This document shows, in pieces, positions 13,808 to 28,275 of a stretch of 40,105 nt of DNA; positions within the stretch are counted from its first letter, which is position 1; every line of letters begins with the position of its first letter. Below the pieces are notes generated by a model. That model was not told the DNA's origin, made no database searches, and was given only the letters and a program-made list of their open reading frames with translations. A program made the position numbers and the translations under genes. Where the stretch lies: the IMG/VR virus record IMGVR_UViG_2537562190_000015. One strand, written 5' to 3'. Source of the stretch: a virus. Its lineage: Duplodnaviria; Heunggongvirae; Uroviricota; Caudoviricetes.

Positions 13808-14203
13808 TCACATTTCATAGGTAATGACATAAGTCAGATCGGCTGAACTCCACAGGCCCGCATCATCGTCGCGCCGGTAGTCATAGCCACTGGCCACCAT
13901 ACTGGTGATCAAATCTGACAGTGCCGGGATATCGCTCATCACCGGATAAATCCGGGACTCCATCCACGCATCCAGCTCTGAATCCGGCACCTGAGCAGGC
14001 AGGAAAACTTCGATATGCAGCTCCGCCTGCCAGGTATCGCTGTCCAGCTCTTCGCCCGTGTATTCAGCGCCGGTGAGATAAACGGCAACTGCCGGAAAAT
14101 CCGCCTCATCAAAAACAGCGGGGCGACCATCAAAAAACGTCGCCCCGGTGTCATGCTTCTCCAGTGCATCCAGTACGGCTGCACGGAGTTCAGTATGTTT
14201 CAT
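13808..14203 (-). CDS. U: tail terminator protein U
   Basis: 131-aa [57 protein letters not shown]...; lambda U-like. Confidence 0.9.
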   Translation of the reverse strand: MKHTELRAAVLDALEKHDTGATFFDGRPAVFDEADFPAVAVYLTGAEYTGEELDSDTWQAELHIEVFLPAQVPDSELDAWMESRIYPVMSDIPALSDLITSMVASGYDYRRDDDAGLWSSADLTYVITYEM

Positions 14204-14778
14204 CGCTTTATTACCATCCTCAGTTGATGCTGCAGCGCATAGCCCAGCTCTTTCGGAAGACGTTCACGCCGTATCCGCTCAATATTTTGTTTAAACGCCG
14301 TGGTCAGCGGCACCGCCATCGGGATTTTCACCACATCAATGGGGTAACGGTTTTTCCCGGCCACACGCTGCATGACATGCCACCGGCCATTTTTCAGTTG
14401 CTGAATAAACGCGCCGGGAATACGACGGTTACCCACCACAAGCACGCTGCCGCCACCTTTCAGGGATGAACGCTGCCCCTTTTTACGACGCCTGCGGCGC
14501 GAAAGGACAACCCGCGCATTACCCAGCTTGATTACGGGCAAATCCCCCCGGTTAACTTTGATTCTGGCCTGCGGATTTTTGACCGTGGCCCTTTTCAGCC
14601 TGGCCCTTTCCTTTACCAGTTTCCGGCGTACCTTTGTCTCACGGGCAACCTGTGACGCCGACTGCGATATCGCGGATGAAGCAACGCGGTTAATGGCCAT
14701 TGCGGCGGCACCAGGCACCGCCGTTTTGCTGATACGGCTGAGGTTTTCAACGGCCTGCTCAAGACCTTTTATGGCCAT
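14200..14778 (-). CDS. Z: tail completion protein Z
   Basis: 192-aa ORF MAIKGLEQAVENLSRISKTAVPGAAAMAINRVASSAISQSASQVARETK...; lambda Z-like. Confidence 0.9.
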   Translation of the reverse strand: MAIKGLEQAVENLSRISKTAVPGAAAMAINRVASSAISQSASQVARETKVRRKLVKERARLKRATVKNPQARIKVNRGDLPVIKLGNARVVLSRRRRRKKGQRSSLKGGGSVLVVGNRRIPGAFIQQLKNGRWHVMQRVAGKNRYPIDVVKIPMAVPLTTAFKQNIERIRRERLPKELGYALQHQLRMVIKR

Positions 14779-14789
14779 ACATCCCCCTT

Positions 14790-15143
14790 TCAGCGGCGAC
14801 GGTTAACGGCAGGCGGTACGCCCCGTCCAAGCCAGAGATGACAACTTCCGCCATCATCCGGCGAAACCCGATCTACCCAGAAATTTTCCTCACCGATGGT
14901 CAGCGTGTCTCCACGCCGCAGCTGCCGCACCTCATCAGTCCGGACAAACAGGGACGGGCTGGAGCCTTCAACGCGCACGCCCTGTCCGGCATAGCTGATA
15001 TTTTCAGGGTCATCAAAAACACCACGTATCACCGCACCTGACTGCTCACCGGATGTAATGGTGGCTGACGTTCCCATGTACCCGCGTATCGTTTCATCGG
15101 CGCGGGCAATGGCAGCATCGAACAGGTTATCGAAATCAGCCAC
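14790..15143 (-). CDS. FII: head-tail joining protein FII
   Basis: 117-aa ORF MADFDNLFDAAIARADETIRGYMGTSATITSGEQSGAVIRGVFDDPENISYAGQGVRVEG...; lambda FII-like. Confidence 0.9.
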   Translation of the reverse strand: MADFDNLFDAAIARADETIRGYMGTSATITSGEQSGAVIRGVFDDPENISYAGQGVRVEGSSPSLFVRTDEVRQLRRGDTLTIGEENFWVDRVSPDDGGSCHLWLGRGVPPAVNRRR

Positions 15144-15154
15144 AGCGCCTCCCG

Positions 15155-15553
15155 TTATTGCATTCTGGCCAGGCCGCGCTCTGTCATTTCGGCTGCCACA
15201 CCGGCAGAGACACGAAACGCCGTTCCCGGCAGCACAAATGCCACAGGTTCATCCCGCGTGGCGTGAAGTGCATCAGTATGCAGCTTCACCAGTGCCACGA
15301 CCGTGACCAGTTCAGACGTATCCAGAATCACGGTATCCGGCTGCGCTGATCCCACCTCATTTTCATGTCCGGTCAGCACATTTTCCCGGCTGAGAGGGGT
15401 GTCCTGACCGGCAGTTTCATCCGTGTCATCAAGCTCCTCTTCCAGCTCTGCCACACGGAGCGCCAGTTCTTCTTTCGTCCCCGTCAGGCTGACATCACGG
15501 TTCAGTTGTTCACCCAGCGAGCGGAGACGGGCAATCAGTTCATCTTTCGTCAT
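15155..15553 (-). CDS. FI: DNA packaging protein FI
   Basis: Frame contains MTKDELIARLRSLGEQLNRDVSLTGTKEELALRVAELEEELDD...; start at the internal Met gives 132 aa. Confidence 0.85.
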   Translation of the reverse strand: MTKDELIARLRSLGEQLNRDVSLTGTKEELALRVAELEEELDDTDETAGQDTPLSRENVLTGHENEVGSAQPDTVILDTSELVTVVALVKLHTDALHATRDEPVAFVLPGTAFRVSAGVAAEMTERGLARMQ

Positions 15554-15594
15554 GGACTCCTCCACAGAGAAACAATGGCCCCGAAGGGCCATGA

Positions 15595-16620
15595 TTACGC
15601 CAGTTGTACGGACACGAACTCATCAGGGTCAGCCAGCAGCATCAGCGGTGCTGACTGAATCATGGTGAACTCACGCGCCGGATCGCCGGTGGTCACCCAG
15701 TTTTTCGGGTAACGGGCAGAGGCGTTAATGCCTTCGCGCTGTGCGTCCGCATCCTGAATGCAGCCATAGGTGCGCAGACCGCGTGCCTGAGTGTTCCCCA
15801 GCACCATCGTGTTGTCCGGCAGGAAGTTCTTTTTGACGCCGTTTTCCACGTACTGTCCGGAATACACGACGATGGCCACATCGCCATACATCCCCTTATA
15901 GGACACCGCTTTACCTAGGTCTTTCACCGCTGTCTCCAGCTCGGAATTAGAGCCACGACGGGTATCCAGCTTCTCCTTGACGGCTTTGAAGGAACGGAAC
16001 AGCGCCCAGCCTTTCGGATCGAACACGATGATATTCACCACACCGCTGGCGTTCAGCGCGTAGGCTTCGATATCGTCGGTCGGGTCATACGTGGACTTGT
16101 CACGCTTGCTCCACTCCGTGCCGCCGGACTGCGTGATGTTATTCTCCTCACTGCGGCCCATATCCACCTCAACCGGATCGAAGGCTTCACCGGTCATGGT
16201 GTATTTGCCCTTAAGCACGGCAGAAACTGCCTGCATCTCTTCGACCTGAGCAATGGCCAGCTCTTCGTCACGCATGTTCTGCATGATGATGCGACGGCGG
16301 CGGTAAGCCGGGTCCGCCAGATTCTGCGGATCTTCATCCGGCAGGCGACGCAGGGTCATCTGCGGATTCACTTCATGCTTCGGCTTGACATATCCCGGCG
16401 TAAATTCAGAGGTGGAGCCGCCACGGGAACGGATAACCTCACCGGAAACAATCGGCGAAACGTACAGCGCCATGTTTACCAGTCCCGGAATTTGTGAGAG
16501 ATAGACTTTCTCCGTGGTGAAGGGATAGCTCTCACGGAAAAAGAGACGCAGAAACAGCGGATCAAACTTAAATTTCTGCTCATTTGCCGCCAGCAGTTGG
16601 GCGGTTGTGTACATCGACAT
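15595..16620 (-). CDS. E: major capsid protein E
   Basis: Frame contains MSMYTTAQLLAANEQKFKFDPLFLRLFFRESYPFTTEKVYLSQIPGLVNMALYVSPIVSGEV...; 341 aa from the internal Met; lambda E-like. Confidence 0.95.
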   Translation of the reverse strand: MSMYTTAQLLAANEQKFKFDPLFLRLFFRESYPFTTEKVYLSQIPGLVNMALYVSPIVSGEVIRSRGGSTSEFTPGYVKPKHEVNPQMTLRRLPDEDPQNLADPAYRRRRIIMQNMRDEELAIAQVEEMQAVSAVLKGKYTMTGEAFDPVEVDMGRSEENNITQSGGTEWSKRDKSTYDPTDDIEAYALNASGVVNIIVFDPKGWALFRSFKAVKEKLDTRRGSNSELETAVKDLGKAVSYKGMYGDVAIVVYSGQYVENGVKKNFLPDNTMVLGNTQARGLRTYGCIQDADAQREGINASARYPKNWVTTGDPAREFTMIQSAPLMLLADPDEFVSVQLA

Positions 16621-16675
16621 AAAAAAATCCCGTAAAAAAAGCCGCACAGGCGGCCTTTAGTGATGAAGGGTAAAG

Positions 16676-17008
16676 TTAAACGATGCTGATTGCCGTTCCG
16701 GCAAACGCGGTCCGTTTTTTCGTCTCGTCGCTGGCAGCCTCCGGCCAGAGCACATCCTCATAACGGAACGTGCCGGACTTGTAGAACGTCAGCGTGGTGC
16801 TGGTCTGGTCAGCAGCAACCGCAAGAATGCCAACGGCAGCACCGTCGGTGGTGCCATCCCACGCAACCAGCTTACGGCTGGAGGTGTCCAGCATCAGCGG
16901 GGTCATTGCAGGCGCTTTCGCACTCAATCCGCCGGGCGCGGTTGCGGTATGAGCCGGGTCACTGTTGCCCTGCGGCTGGTAATGGGTAAAGGTTTCTTTG
17001 CTCGTCAT
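16676..17008 (-). CDS. D: capsid decoration protein D
   Basis: [68 protein letters not shown]...; 110 aa; lambda D-like. Confidence 0.95.
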
Positions 17009-17017
17009 AAACATCCC

Positions 17018-18317
17018 TTACACTGGTGTGTTCAGCAAATCGTTAACGGCATCAGATGCCGGGTTACCTGCAGCCAGCGGTGCCGGTGCCCCCTGCATCA
17101 GACGATCCAGCGCAGTGTCACTGCGCGCCTGTGCACTCTGTGGTGCTGCGGCCAGAATGCGGCGGGCCGTTTTCACGGTCATACCGGGGGTTTCTGCCAG
17201 CACGCGTGCCTGTTCTTCGCGTCCGTGAGCCTCCTCACAGTTGAGGATCCCCATAATGCGGCTGTTTTCTGCCGCAACCGCTGCGGTGATCTGCGCGTTC
17301 ACGTCCGGCTGCGCCGCGCTGGCGTTCTCGCCCTCCGTCGCTGGCACCACGTCAGTAACGTCAGCCTGCGAAGCAGTGGCTGAAACAGTTGTTGATTGAG
17401 TCTCTTTGGTCATTCGCCCTCCTGAGAGACGGGATTTACGTGCATCCAGTGCATCACGCATGACGGTGATCGCATCGGTGCTGTTAACAAGTTCATCAGC
17501 CAGTCCGGCATCAATGGCCTCCTGACCGCTGTACACTGCAGCCTCGGTATCCAGCACAGCCTGCACGGACAGGCCGGTATATGCCGACACCTTCTGCGCA
17601 AACATCCGGCGGGTTGCGTCCATCCGGGACTGCAGTGTCTCCCGGACGTCATCCGGAAGATGGCTGTAGGGGTTGCCATCCACCTTATGGCTGCCGCTGT
17701 AAATCAGCGTGATTTCCACACCCTGTTTCTCCAGCGCAGCACCGTAATTACTGTGAGCCATCATGACGCCGATGGAGCCTGTCCGGGCGGTCTGCGTGAC
17801 CAGACGCCGGGAGGCGGCACTGGCAAGCAACTGACCTGCACTGCAGTTCATGTCGTTGGCAAGCGCCCATACCGGTTTTATGTCACGCACACGGGCGATG
17901 ATGTCAGCGCAGTCAAATGCCCCCGCCACCATCCCGCCGGGCGTGTCCATATCGAGCAGAATGCCGTCCACCATCGGATCGCTGGCAGCCTGTTGCAGAC
18001 GGGCGATAATGCCGTTGTAACCGGTCATCCCCGAGTACGGCTGCAGCGCCCGCGTCCGGCTGACCAGCGTGCCGGACACCGGCAGCACGGCGATGCCGTT
18101 CATGACCTGATAACTGCGGGCCTGTCGTGGTCCGTCATCATCACCGGATAATGCCAGCGTCGCGAGTGCCTCCTGGGCAGTCAGGCTGTCGCCGGACACC
18201 GCATCCGTCAGGCGGCTGATCCCAAGCTGGCCTGCAAGCGCACAAAAGAAAACCCGCGCATAGGCGGGTTCAAGCATCAGCGGCTCATTAAAGGCCATGC
18301 TGGCAATATGCGGGAGA

Positions 18318-18337
<20 letters not shown>
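17018..18337 (-). CDS. C: capsid assembly protease C, with nested in-frame scaffold Nu3
   Basis: The 484-aa ORF over-extends at its 5' end; the lambda C-like sequence begins at TAELRNLPHIASMAFNEPLMLEPAYARVFF... (439 aa). The C-terminal half, in the same frame, corresponds to Nu3. Confidence 0.9.
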
Positions 18338-22017
<3,680 letters not shown>

Positions 22018-22043
<26 letters not shown>

Positions 22044-22563
22044 TCAGCAACCCCGGTATCAGTTCATCCAGCGCGGCTGCTTTGTTCATGGCTTTGATGA
22101 TATCCCGTTTCAGGAAATCAACATGTCGGTTTTCCAGTTCCGGAAAACGCCGCTGCACCGACAGGGGGAGCCCGTCGAGAATACTGGCAATTTCACCTGC
22201 GATCCGCGACAACACGAAAGTACAGAATGCGGTTTCCACCACTTCAGCGGAGTCTCTGGCATTCTTCAGTTCCTGTGCGTCGGCCTGCGCACGCGTAAGT
22301 CGATGGCGTTCGTACTCAATAGTTCCTGGCTGGAGATCTGCCTCGCTGGCCTGCCGCAGTTCTTCAACCTCCCGGCGCAGCTTTTCGTTCTCAATTTCAG
22401 CATCCCTTTCGGCATACCATTTTATGACGGCGGCAGAGTCATAAAGCACCTCATTACCCTTGCCACCGCCTCGCAGAACGGGCATTCCCTGTTCCTGCCA
22501 GTTCTGAATGGTACGGATACTCGCACCGAAAATGTCAGCCAGCTGCTTTTTGTTGACTTCCAT
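22018..22563 (-). CDS. Nu1: terminase small subunit Nu1
   Basis: 181-aa ORF MEVNKKQLADIFGASIRTIQNWQEQGMPVLRGGGKGNEVLYDSAAVIKWYAERDAEIENEKLRREVEELRQ...; lambda Nu1-like. Confidence 0.95.
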
Positions 22564-22584
22564 TGTTCATTCCACGGCCAAAAA

Positions 22585-22752
22585 CAGAGAAAGGAAACGA
22601 CAAAGGCCCAAAAGTTCGTTTTCAGCACCTGTCGTTTCCTTTCTTTTCAGGGGGTATTTTAAATAAAAACATTAAGTTACGACGAAGAAGAACGGAAACG
22701 CCTTAAACCGGAAAATTTTCATAAATAGCGAAAACCCGCGAGGTCGCCGCCC
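22585..22752. other. cos: cos site: cosB (R3/R2/R1 GGAAACG-type terminase-binding repeats) plus cosN 12-nt cohesive end (22741-22752, AGGTCGCCGCCC, reverse complement of GGGCGGCGACCT)
   Basis: Sequence upstream of Nu1 matches the lambda left end as recalled (…GGGTATTTTAAATAAAAACATTAAGTTA…GAAAACCCGCGAGGTCGCCGCCC), followed by lambda right-end-like CGTAACCTGTCGGATCGCCGGAAAGGACCCG. Confidence 0.85.
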
Positions 22753-22951
22753 CGTAACCTGTCGGATCGCCGGAAAGGACCCGCAAAATGATAATAATTA
22801 TCATCTACATGTCACAACGTGCATCTACGCCATCAAACCACGTCAAATAATCAATTATGACGCAGGTATCGTATTAATTGATCCGCATCAACTTAACGTA
22901 AAAACAACTTCAGACAATACAAATCAGCGACACTGAATACGGGGCAACCTC

Positions 22952-23146
22952 ATGTCAACGAAGAACAGAACCCGCAGAACAACAACCCGCAACATCCGCT
23001 TTCCTAACCAAATGATTGAACAAATTAACATCGCTCTTGATCAAAAAGGGTCCGGGAATTTCTCAGCCTGGGTCATTGAAGCCTGCCGTCGGAGGCTAAC
23101 GTCAGAAAAGATAGCATATACATCAATTAAAAGTGATGAAGAATGA
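22952..23146 (+). CDS. small hypothetical protein, YlcI-like (64 aa), possible ribbon-helix-helix fold
   Basis: 64-aa ORF MSTKNRTRRTTTRNIRFPNQMIEQINIALDQKGSGNFSAWVIEACRRRLTSEKIAYTSIKSDEE; same size and position as K-12 DLP12 ylcI as recalled. Confidence 0.6.
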   Translation: MSTKNRTRRTTTRNIRFPNQMIEQINIALDQKGSGNFSAWVIEACRRRLTSEKIAYTSIKSDEE

Positions 23147-23310
23147 ACATCCCGCGTTCTTCCCTCCGAACAGGACGATATTGTAAATTCACTTAATTAC
23201 GAGGGCATTGCAGTAATTGAGTTGCAGTTTTACCACTTTCCTGACAGTGACAGACTGCGTGTTGGCTCTGTCACAGGTTAAGTAGTTTGAATGATTAGCA
23301 GTTATGGTGA

Positions 23311-23517
23311 TCAGTCAACCACCAGGGAATAATCCTTCATATTATTATCGTGCTTCACCAACGCTGCCTCAATTGCCCTGAATGCTTCCAGAGACACCTT
23401 ATGTTCTATACATGCAATTACAACATCAGGGTAACTCATAGAAATGGTGCTATTAAGCATATTTTTTACACGAATCAGATCCACGGAGGGATCATCAGCA
23501 GATTGTTCTTTATTCAT
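23311..23517 (-). CDS. small hypothetical protein, YbcW-like (68 aa)
   Basis: 68-aa [71 protein letters not shown]; position and length match DLP12 ybcW as recalled. Confidence 0.55.
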
Positions 23518-23802
23518 TTTGTCGCTCCATGCGCTTGCTCTTCATCTAGCGGTTAAAATATTACTTCAAATCTTTCTGTATGAAGATTTGAGCACGTTGG
23601 CCTTACATACATCTGTCGGTTGTATTTCCCTCCAGAATGCCAGCAGGACCGCACTTTGTTACACAACCAATACTATTAATTGAAAACATTCCTAATATTT
23701 GACATAAATCATCAACAAAACACAAAGAGGTCAGACCAGATTGAAACGATAAAAACGATAATGCAAACTACGCGCCCTCGTATCACATGGAAGGTTTTAC
23801 CA

Positions 23803-24213
23803 ATGGCTCAGGTTGCCATTTTTAAAGAAATATTCGATCAAGTGCGAAAAGATTTAAACTGTGAATTGTTTTATTCTGAACTAAAACGTCACAATGTCTC
23901 ACATTATATTTACTATCTAGCCACAGATAATATTCACATTGTGTTAGAAAACGATAACACTGTGTTAATAAAAGGACTTAAAAAGGTTGTAAATGTTAAA
24001 TTCTCAAGAAATACGCATCTTATAGAAACGTCCTTTGATAGGTTGAAATCAAGAGAAATCACATTTCAGCAATACAAGGAAAATCTTGCTAAAGCAGGAG
24101 TTTTCCGATGGGTTACAAATATCCACGAACATAAAAGATATTACTATACCTTTGATAATTCATTACTATTTACTGAGAGCATTCAGAACACTACACAAAT
24201 CTTTCCACGCTAA
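23803..24213 (+). CDS. hypothetical protein, YbcV-like (136 aa from internal ATG)
   Basis: The ORF track gives 177 aa from a TTG; the ATG at 23803 with an upstream GGAAGG gives 136 aa ([51 protein letters not shown]...). Confidence 0.6.
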   Translation: MAQVAIFKEIFDQVRKDLNCELFYSELKRHNVSHYIYYLATDNIHIVLENDNTVLIKGLKKVVNVKFSRNTHLIETSFDRLKSREITFQQYKENLAKAGVFRWVTNIHEHKRYYYTFDNSLLFTESIQNTTQIFPR

Positions 24214-24503
24214 ATCATAACGTCCGGTTTCTTCCGTGTCAGCACCGGGGCGTTGGCATAATGCAATACGTGTACGCGCTAAACCCTGTGTGCATCGTTT
24301 TTAATTATTCCCGGACACTCCCGCAGAGAAGTTCCCCGTCAGGGCTGTGGACATAGTTAATCCGGGAATACAATGACGATTCATCGCACCTGACATACAT
24401 TAATAAATATTAACAATATGAAATTTCAACTCATTGTTTAGGGTTTGTTTAATTTTCTACACATACGATTCTGCGAACTTCAAAAAGCATCGGGAATAAC
24501 ACC

Positions 24504-24797
24504 ATGAAAAAAATGCTACTCGCTACTGCGCTGGCCCTGCTTATTACAGGATGTGCTCAACAGACGTTTACTGTTCAAAACAAACAGACAGCAGTAGCAC
24601 CAAAGGAAACCATCACCCATCATTTCTTCGTTTCTGGAATTGGGCAGAAGAAAACTGTCGATGCAGCCAAAATTTGTGGCGGCGCAGAAAATGTTGTTAA
24701 AACAGAAACCCAGCAAACATTCGTAAATGGATTGCTCGGTTTTATTACTTTAGGCATTTATACTCCGCTGGAAGCGCGTGTGTATTGCTCAAAATAA
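24504..24797 (+). CDS. bor: Bor lipoprotein (serum-resistance lipoprotein family)
   Basis: 97-aa ORF MKKMLLATALALLITGCAQQTFTVQNK... with lipobox LLITGC; opposite strand to the lysis genes, as in lambda. Confidence 0.9.
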   Translation: MKKMLLATALALLITGCAQQTFTVQNKQTAVAPKETITHHFFVSGIGQKKTVDAAKICGGAENVVKTETQQTFVNGLLGFITLGIYTPLEARVYCSK

Positions 24798-24828
24798 TTG
24801 CATGAGTTGCCCATCGATATGGTCAGCT

Positions 24829-25302
24829 CTATCTGCACTGCTCATTAATATACTTCTGGGTTCCTTCCAGTTGTTTTTGCATAGTGATCAGCCTCTCTCT
24901 GAGGGTGAAATAATCCCGTTCAGCGGTGTCTGCCAGTCGGGGGGAGGCTGCATTATCCACGCCGGAGGCCGTGGTGGCTTCACGCACTGACTGACAGACT
25001 GCTTTGATGTGCAACCGACGACGACCAGCGGCAACATCATCACGCAGAGCATCATTTTCAGCTTTCGCATCAGCTAACTCCTTCGTGTATTTTGCATCGA
25101 GCGCAGCAACATCACGCTGACGCATCTGCATGTCAGTAATTGCCGCGTTCGCTAGCTTCAGTTCTCTGGCATTTTTGTCGCGCTGGGCTTTGTAGGCGAT
25201 TGCGTTATCACGGTAATGATTGACCGCCCATGACAGGCTGACGATGATGCAGATAATCAGAGCGGATATAATCGCGGTTACTCTGCTCACTGTTGCCCCC
25301 AC
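24829..25302 (-). CDS. Rz: spanin inner-membrane subunit Rz
   Basis: …[65 protein letters not shown]...; lambda Rz-like. Start is a GTG, one of two candidates; the nearer one overlaps the endolysin stop. Confidence 0.85.
24888..25070 (-). CDS. Rz1: spanin outer-membrane lipoprotein Rz1, embedded in the +1 frame of Rz
   Basis: 60-aa [63 protein letters not shown]: lipobox VVGC and proline-rich; entirely inside Rz. Confidence 0.85.
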   Translation of the reverse strand: MRKLKMMLCVMMLPLVVVGCTSKQSVSQCVKPPRPPAWIMQPPPDWQTPLNGIISPSERG

Positions 25303-25784
25303 AAACAGACTTCACGCTCAATCTCACGACGAGTCATCAGGCCTTTCCATTGCTTACCGCCAGCGTATGTCCAGCGACGCAGCTGATCACATGCGCCTTT
25401 GATATCGCCCTGGTTTATTTTGCGAAGAAGCGTCGATGTTCTAAAATTGCCAGCACCCACATTGTAAACGAATGAGTAAAGAGCGCCGCGCGTTGTTTCC
25501 GGTATATCAACTTTGATATACGGGTTAATTTGTCTGGCGACAGTGGCAAGGTCTTTATTCAAGAGTGCTTTGCATTCTGCTTTGGTATACGTTTTACCGA
25601 GCATGATGTCTTTTCCGGTGTGTCCGTGACATACAGTCCATACACCAACAATATCTTTGTATGGTATGTAGCTGACACCTTCCAGACCATCGTTACCACT
25701 TGGGCCAGTGATTAACACTGATGCTATAGCAATTGCTCCGCCACCAATAGCAGCAGCAACGGCTTTTCGTAATGATGGAGGCAT
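25287..25784 (-). CDS. R: SAR endolysin (lysozyme with N-terminal signal-anchor-release domain)
   Basis: 165-aa [62 protein letters not shown]...; Gly/Ala-rich weakly hydrophobic N-terminal segment typical of SAR endolysins (phage 21 / DLP12 RrrD type); not lambda R. Confidence 0.85.
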
Positions 25785-25999
25785 TATTCACCTCTCGCAG
25801 CCTTGCGCTTATCTTCTTTAATCTTGAAATAAAGGTTTGTCAGGTACGTCAGCAGGCCAAATACCAGGCTACCCAGCACACCTATTGCTGCCCACTGTGA
25901 GGGAGTGACTTTATCGAGCAGCTGTAAAAACCAGTAACCGGCACTACCTGCTGAGGTGCCATAGGCGACTCCAGTTGTTAACTTATCCATGAATTTCAT
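25784..25999 (-). CDS. S: pinholin (class II holin, S21-like) with dual-start motif
   Basis: [71 protein letters not shown] (71 aa); two Met codons (M1, M4) give a candidate holin/antiholin pair; two transmembrane segments; immediately upstream of the SAR endolysin. Confidence 0.8.
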
Positions 26000-26587
26000 A
26001 ACCCCACCTCGCAGACAAAGCGGGTGTAAATTGAGGGAATACAACGTATCGCAAAAAAGCAGAAACGTAACTGACTCCGAGTCAGTGAATAACTCAGGTA
26101 TTGAGTTATCAGCTAATATCGAGACTCAAAAAATGGAAAAACCAGCTCGACGGCGGGTTTAAGCTGTGTGACGAAGTAACCACTCTTAACAGCATAACCA
26201 ATTTTTTACGTACGTAAACCACTGAATGATATTTATGAGAATGCTACCGAGTGTTCAAAACATCACCACAAATACATAAGAAAACCTCAACAAATAACCA
26301 ATAAATAATTTCCAGTGTTATTTTTAGCCGGTTTAAATTAAACAGACGAATTATAGAACCACCATAAATAACAGCCATTAATATAAATTAGCTAATAGAT
26401 TTATTTTTGTTCAAATAAGAGCCATAAATAGGTTTCGATAGAAAAAGTTCAGATAAAAATAGAGATCTACTTCACAAATTAAATGAGAAACTAAAACTTA
26501 CATCTTGAAATAATCACATTGATTAGATGAATATTTATCGCGCAGTGACATCATTTTTTAATAATAGTTCAAAAAAAAGGGCTCACG

Positions 26588-27685
26588 ATGAAAAAATTAA
26601 CAGTGGCAATTTCTGCTGTAGCTGCATCAGTACTGATGGCGATGTCTGCTCAGGCAGCTGAAATTTATAATAAAGACAGTAACAAGCTGGATCTGTACGG
26701 GAAAGTTAATGCCAAGCACTACTTTTCCTCTAACGATGCAGATGATGGTGATACTACTTATGTTCGTCTGGGCTTCAAAGGCGAAACCCAAATCAACGAT
26801 CAGCTGACTGGTTTCGGTCAGTGGGAATATGAATTCAAAGGCAACCGCGCTGAATCTCAAGGTTCCTCCAAAGACAAAACCCGTCTTGCATTTGCAGGCC
26901 TGAAATTCGGTGACTACGGCTCAATCGATTACGGCCGTAACTACGGTGTAGCATACGACATCGGTGCGTGGACTGACGTTCTGCCAGAATTCGGTGGCGA
27001 TACCTGGACCCAAACAGATGTGTTCATGACTGGTCGCACCACTGGTGTTGCAACCTATCGTAACAACGACTTCTTTGGTCTGGTTGATGGTCTGAACTTT
27101 GCTGCTCAGTACCAAGGCAAAAACGATCGTAGCGATTTCGATAACTACACCGAAGGTAACGGTGATGGCTTCGGTTTCTCTGCTACCTATGAATACGAAG
27201 GATTCGGTATCGGTGCAACTTATGCGAAATCTGATCGTACCGACACTCAAGTTAATGCAGGGAAAGTTCTTCCTGAAGTATTTGCTTCCGGTAAAAATGC
27301 AGAAGTTTGGGCCGCAGGTCTGAAATATGACGCTAACAACATTTACCTGGCCACTACCTATTCTGAAACCCAGAATATGACTGTATTTGCTGATCACTTC
27401 GTTGCTAATAAAGCTCAAAACTTCGAAGCTGTTGCACAATATCAGTTCGATTTCGGTCTGCGTCCGTCCGTTGCTTACCTGCAATCTAAAGGTAAGGATC
27501 TTGGAGTATGGGGCGATCAGGACTTAGTCAAATATGTTGATGTAGGTGCAACCTATTACTTCAACAAAAATATGTCTACTTTCGTTGATTACAAAATCAA
27601 CCTGCTTGACAAAAATGACTTCACTAAAGCACTCGGTGTAAGCACTGATGACATCGTTGCTGTAGGTCTGGTTTACCAGTTCTAA
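26588..27685 (+). CDS. OmpC/OmpF-family general porin (phage-borne, NmpC/Lc-like), intact
   Basis: 365-aa ORF with signal peptide [40 protein letters not shown]… and C-terminal …VAVGLVYQF; orientation opposite to the late genes, as nmpC is in DLP12. Confidence 0.9.
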   Translation: MKKLTVAISAVAASVLMAMSAQAAEIYNKDSNKLDLYGKVNAKHYFSSNDADDGDTTYVRLGFKGETQINDQLTGFGQWEYEFKGNRAESQGSSKDKTRLAFAGLKFGDYGSIDYGRNYGVAYDIGAWTDVLPEFGGDTWTQTDVFMTGRTTGVATYRNNDFFGLVDGLNFAAQYQGKNDRSDFDNYTEGNGDGFGFSATYEYEGFGIGATYAKSDRTDTQVNAGKVLPEVFASGKNAEVWAAGLKYDANNIYLATTYSETQNMTVFADHFVANKAQNFEAVAQYQFDFGLRPSVAYLQSKGKDLGVWGDQDLVKYVDVGATYYFNKNMSTFVDYKINLLDKNDFTKALGVSTDDIVAVGLVYQF

Positions 27686-27694
27686 TCTGATTAC

Positions 27695-27735
27695 GAAAAA
27701 GATATGTTGCGGGAGGCGTTGCCTCCCCAACATAT
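27695..27735 (-). terminator. intrinsic terminator on the late-transcript strand (tR'-like) downstream of the Q/pR' region
   Basis: Minus strand: ATATGTTGGGGAGGC-aacg-CCTCCCGCAACATAT followed by CTTTTT. Confidence 0.5.
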
Positions 27736-27822
27736 AAGTGGCTCCCTCAAGCCACTTCCTTTAGGAGCACAACCTTGCTTCTAACTATATAAACCTTCTG
27801 TTATATATTACCCTTTATTTTT

Positions 27823-27847
27823 GGGGGCGTTGCAACGCCCCTTTTTT
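27823..27847 (+). terminator. intrinsic terminator of the porin gene
   Basis: Plus strand GGGGGCGTTGCAACGCCCC followed by TTTTTT. Confidence 0.65.
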
Positions 27848-27874
27848 AATAACTTTCAGTAAACAATTGGCATA

Positions 27875-28273
27875 TTAATTAGAGTTATTAACAACGATAT
27901 CCATCTCTAACCGGATATCTAATGCCATTAACATCCCTTCAATTATGCCCTCAGCCTTCTGTAACCTTTTCCCGATATAACCATCAGAGCAGCAATGCTT
28001 ACCTGCCAGTGACATGAATGTCATACCGACTACATAATAATCTACTAATAAATCGTGCAAATCGCTGTTGTTCTTTTTCAGACGGGCCATGCACCCGCAA
28101 ATGATCATCGCGTCATCGTCACAACATTGCGGGCGAGATTTTACTTTTGAAGGAATTAATCCCTTAAAACCGGCGGCAATGGACGACCAGGTCACATCTT
28201 CATGATTATTAGCCGCCCACGCTCCCCAACGTTCAAGAACCATCTGAATATCACACATTAACTTTCTCCACAA
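27875..28273 (-). CDS. Q: late-gene antiterminator Q (short phage 21/82/DLP12 QuuD type)
   Basis: …[74 protein letters not shown]…; about 127 aa from the internal Met; Cys-rich zinc-binding region; sits just upstream of the lysis cassette. Confidence 0.8.
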   Translation of the reverse strand: MWRKLMCDIQMVLERWGAWAANNHEDVTWSSIAAGFKGLIPSKVKSRPQCCDDDAMIICGCMARLKKNNSDLHDLLVDYYVVGMTFMSLAGKHCCSDGYIGKRLQKAEGIIEGMLMALDIRLEMDIVVNNSN

Positions 28274-28275
28274 AA

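Noticed and set aside
17660-18151. 163-aa plus-strand ORF
   Set aside because: Antisense to capsid protease C.
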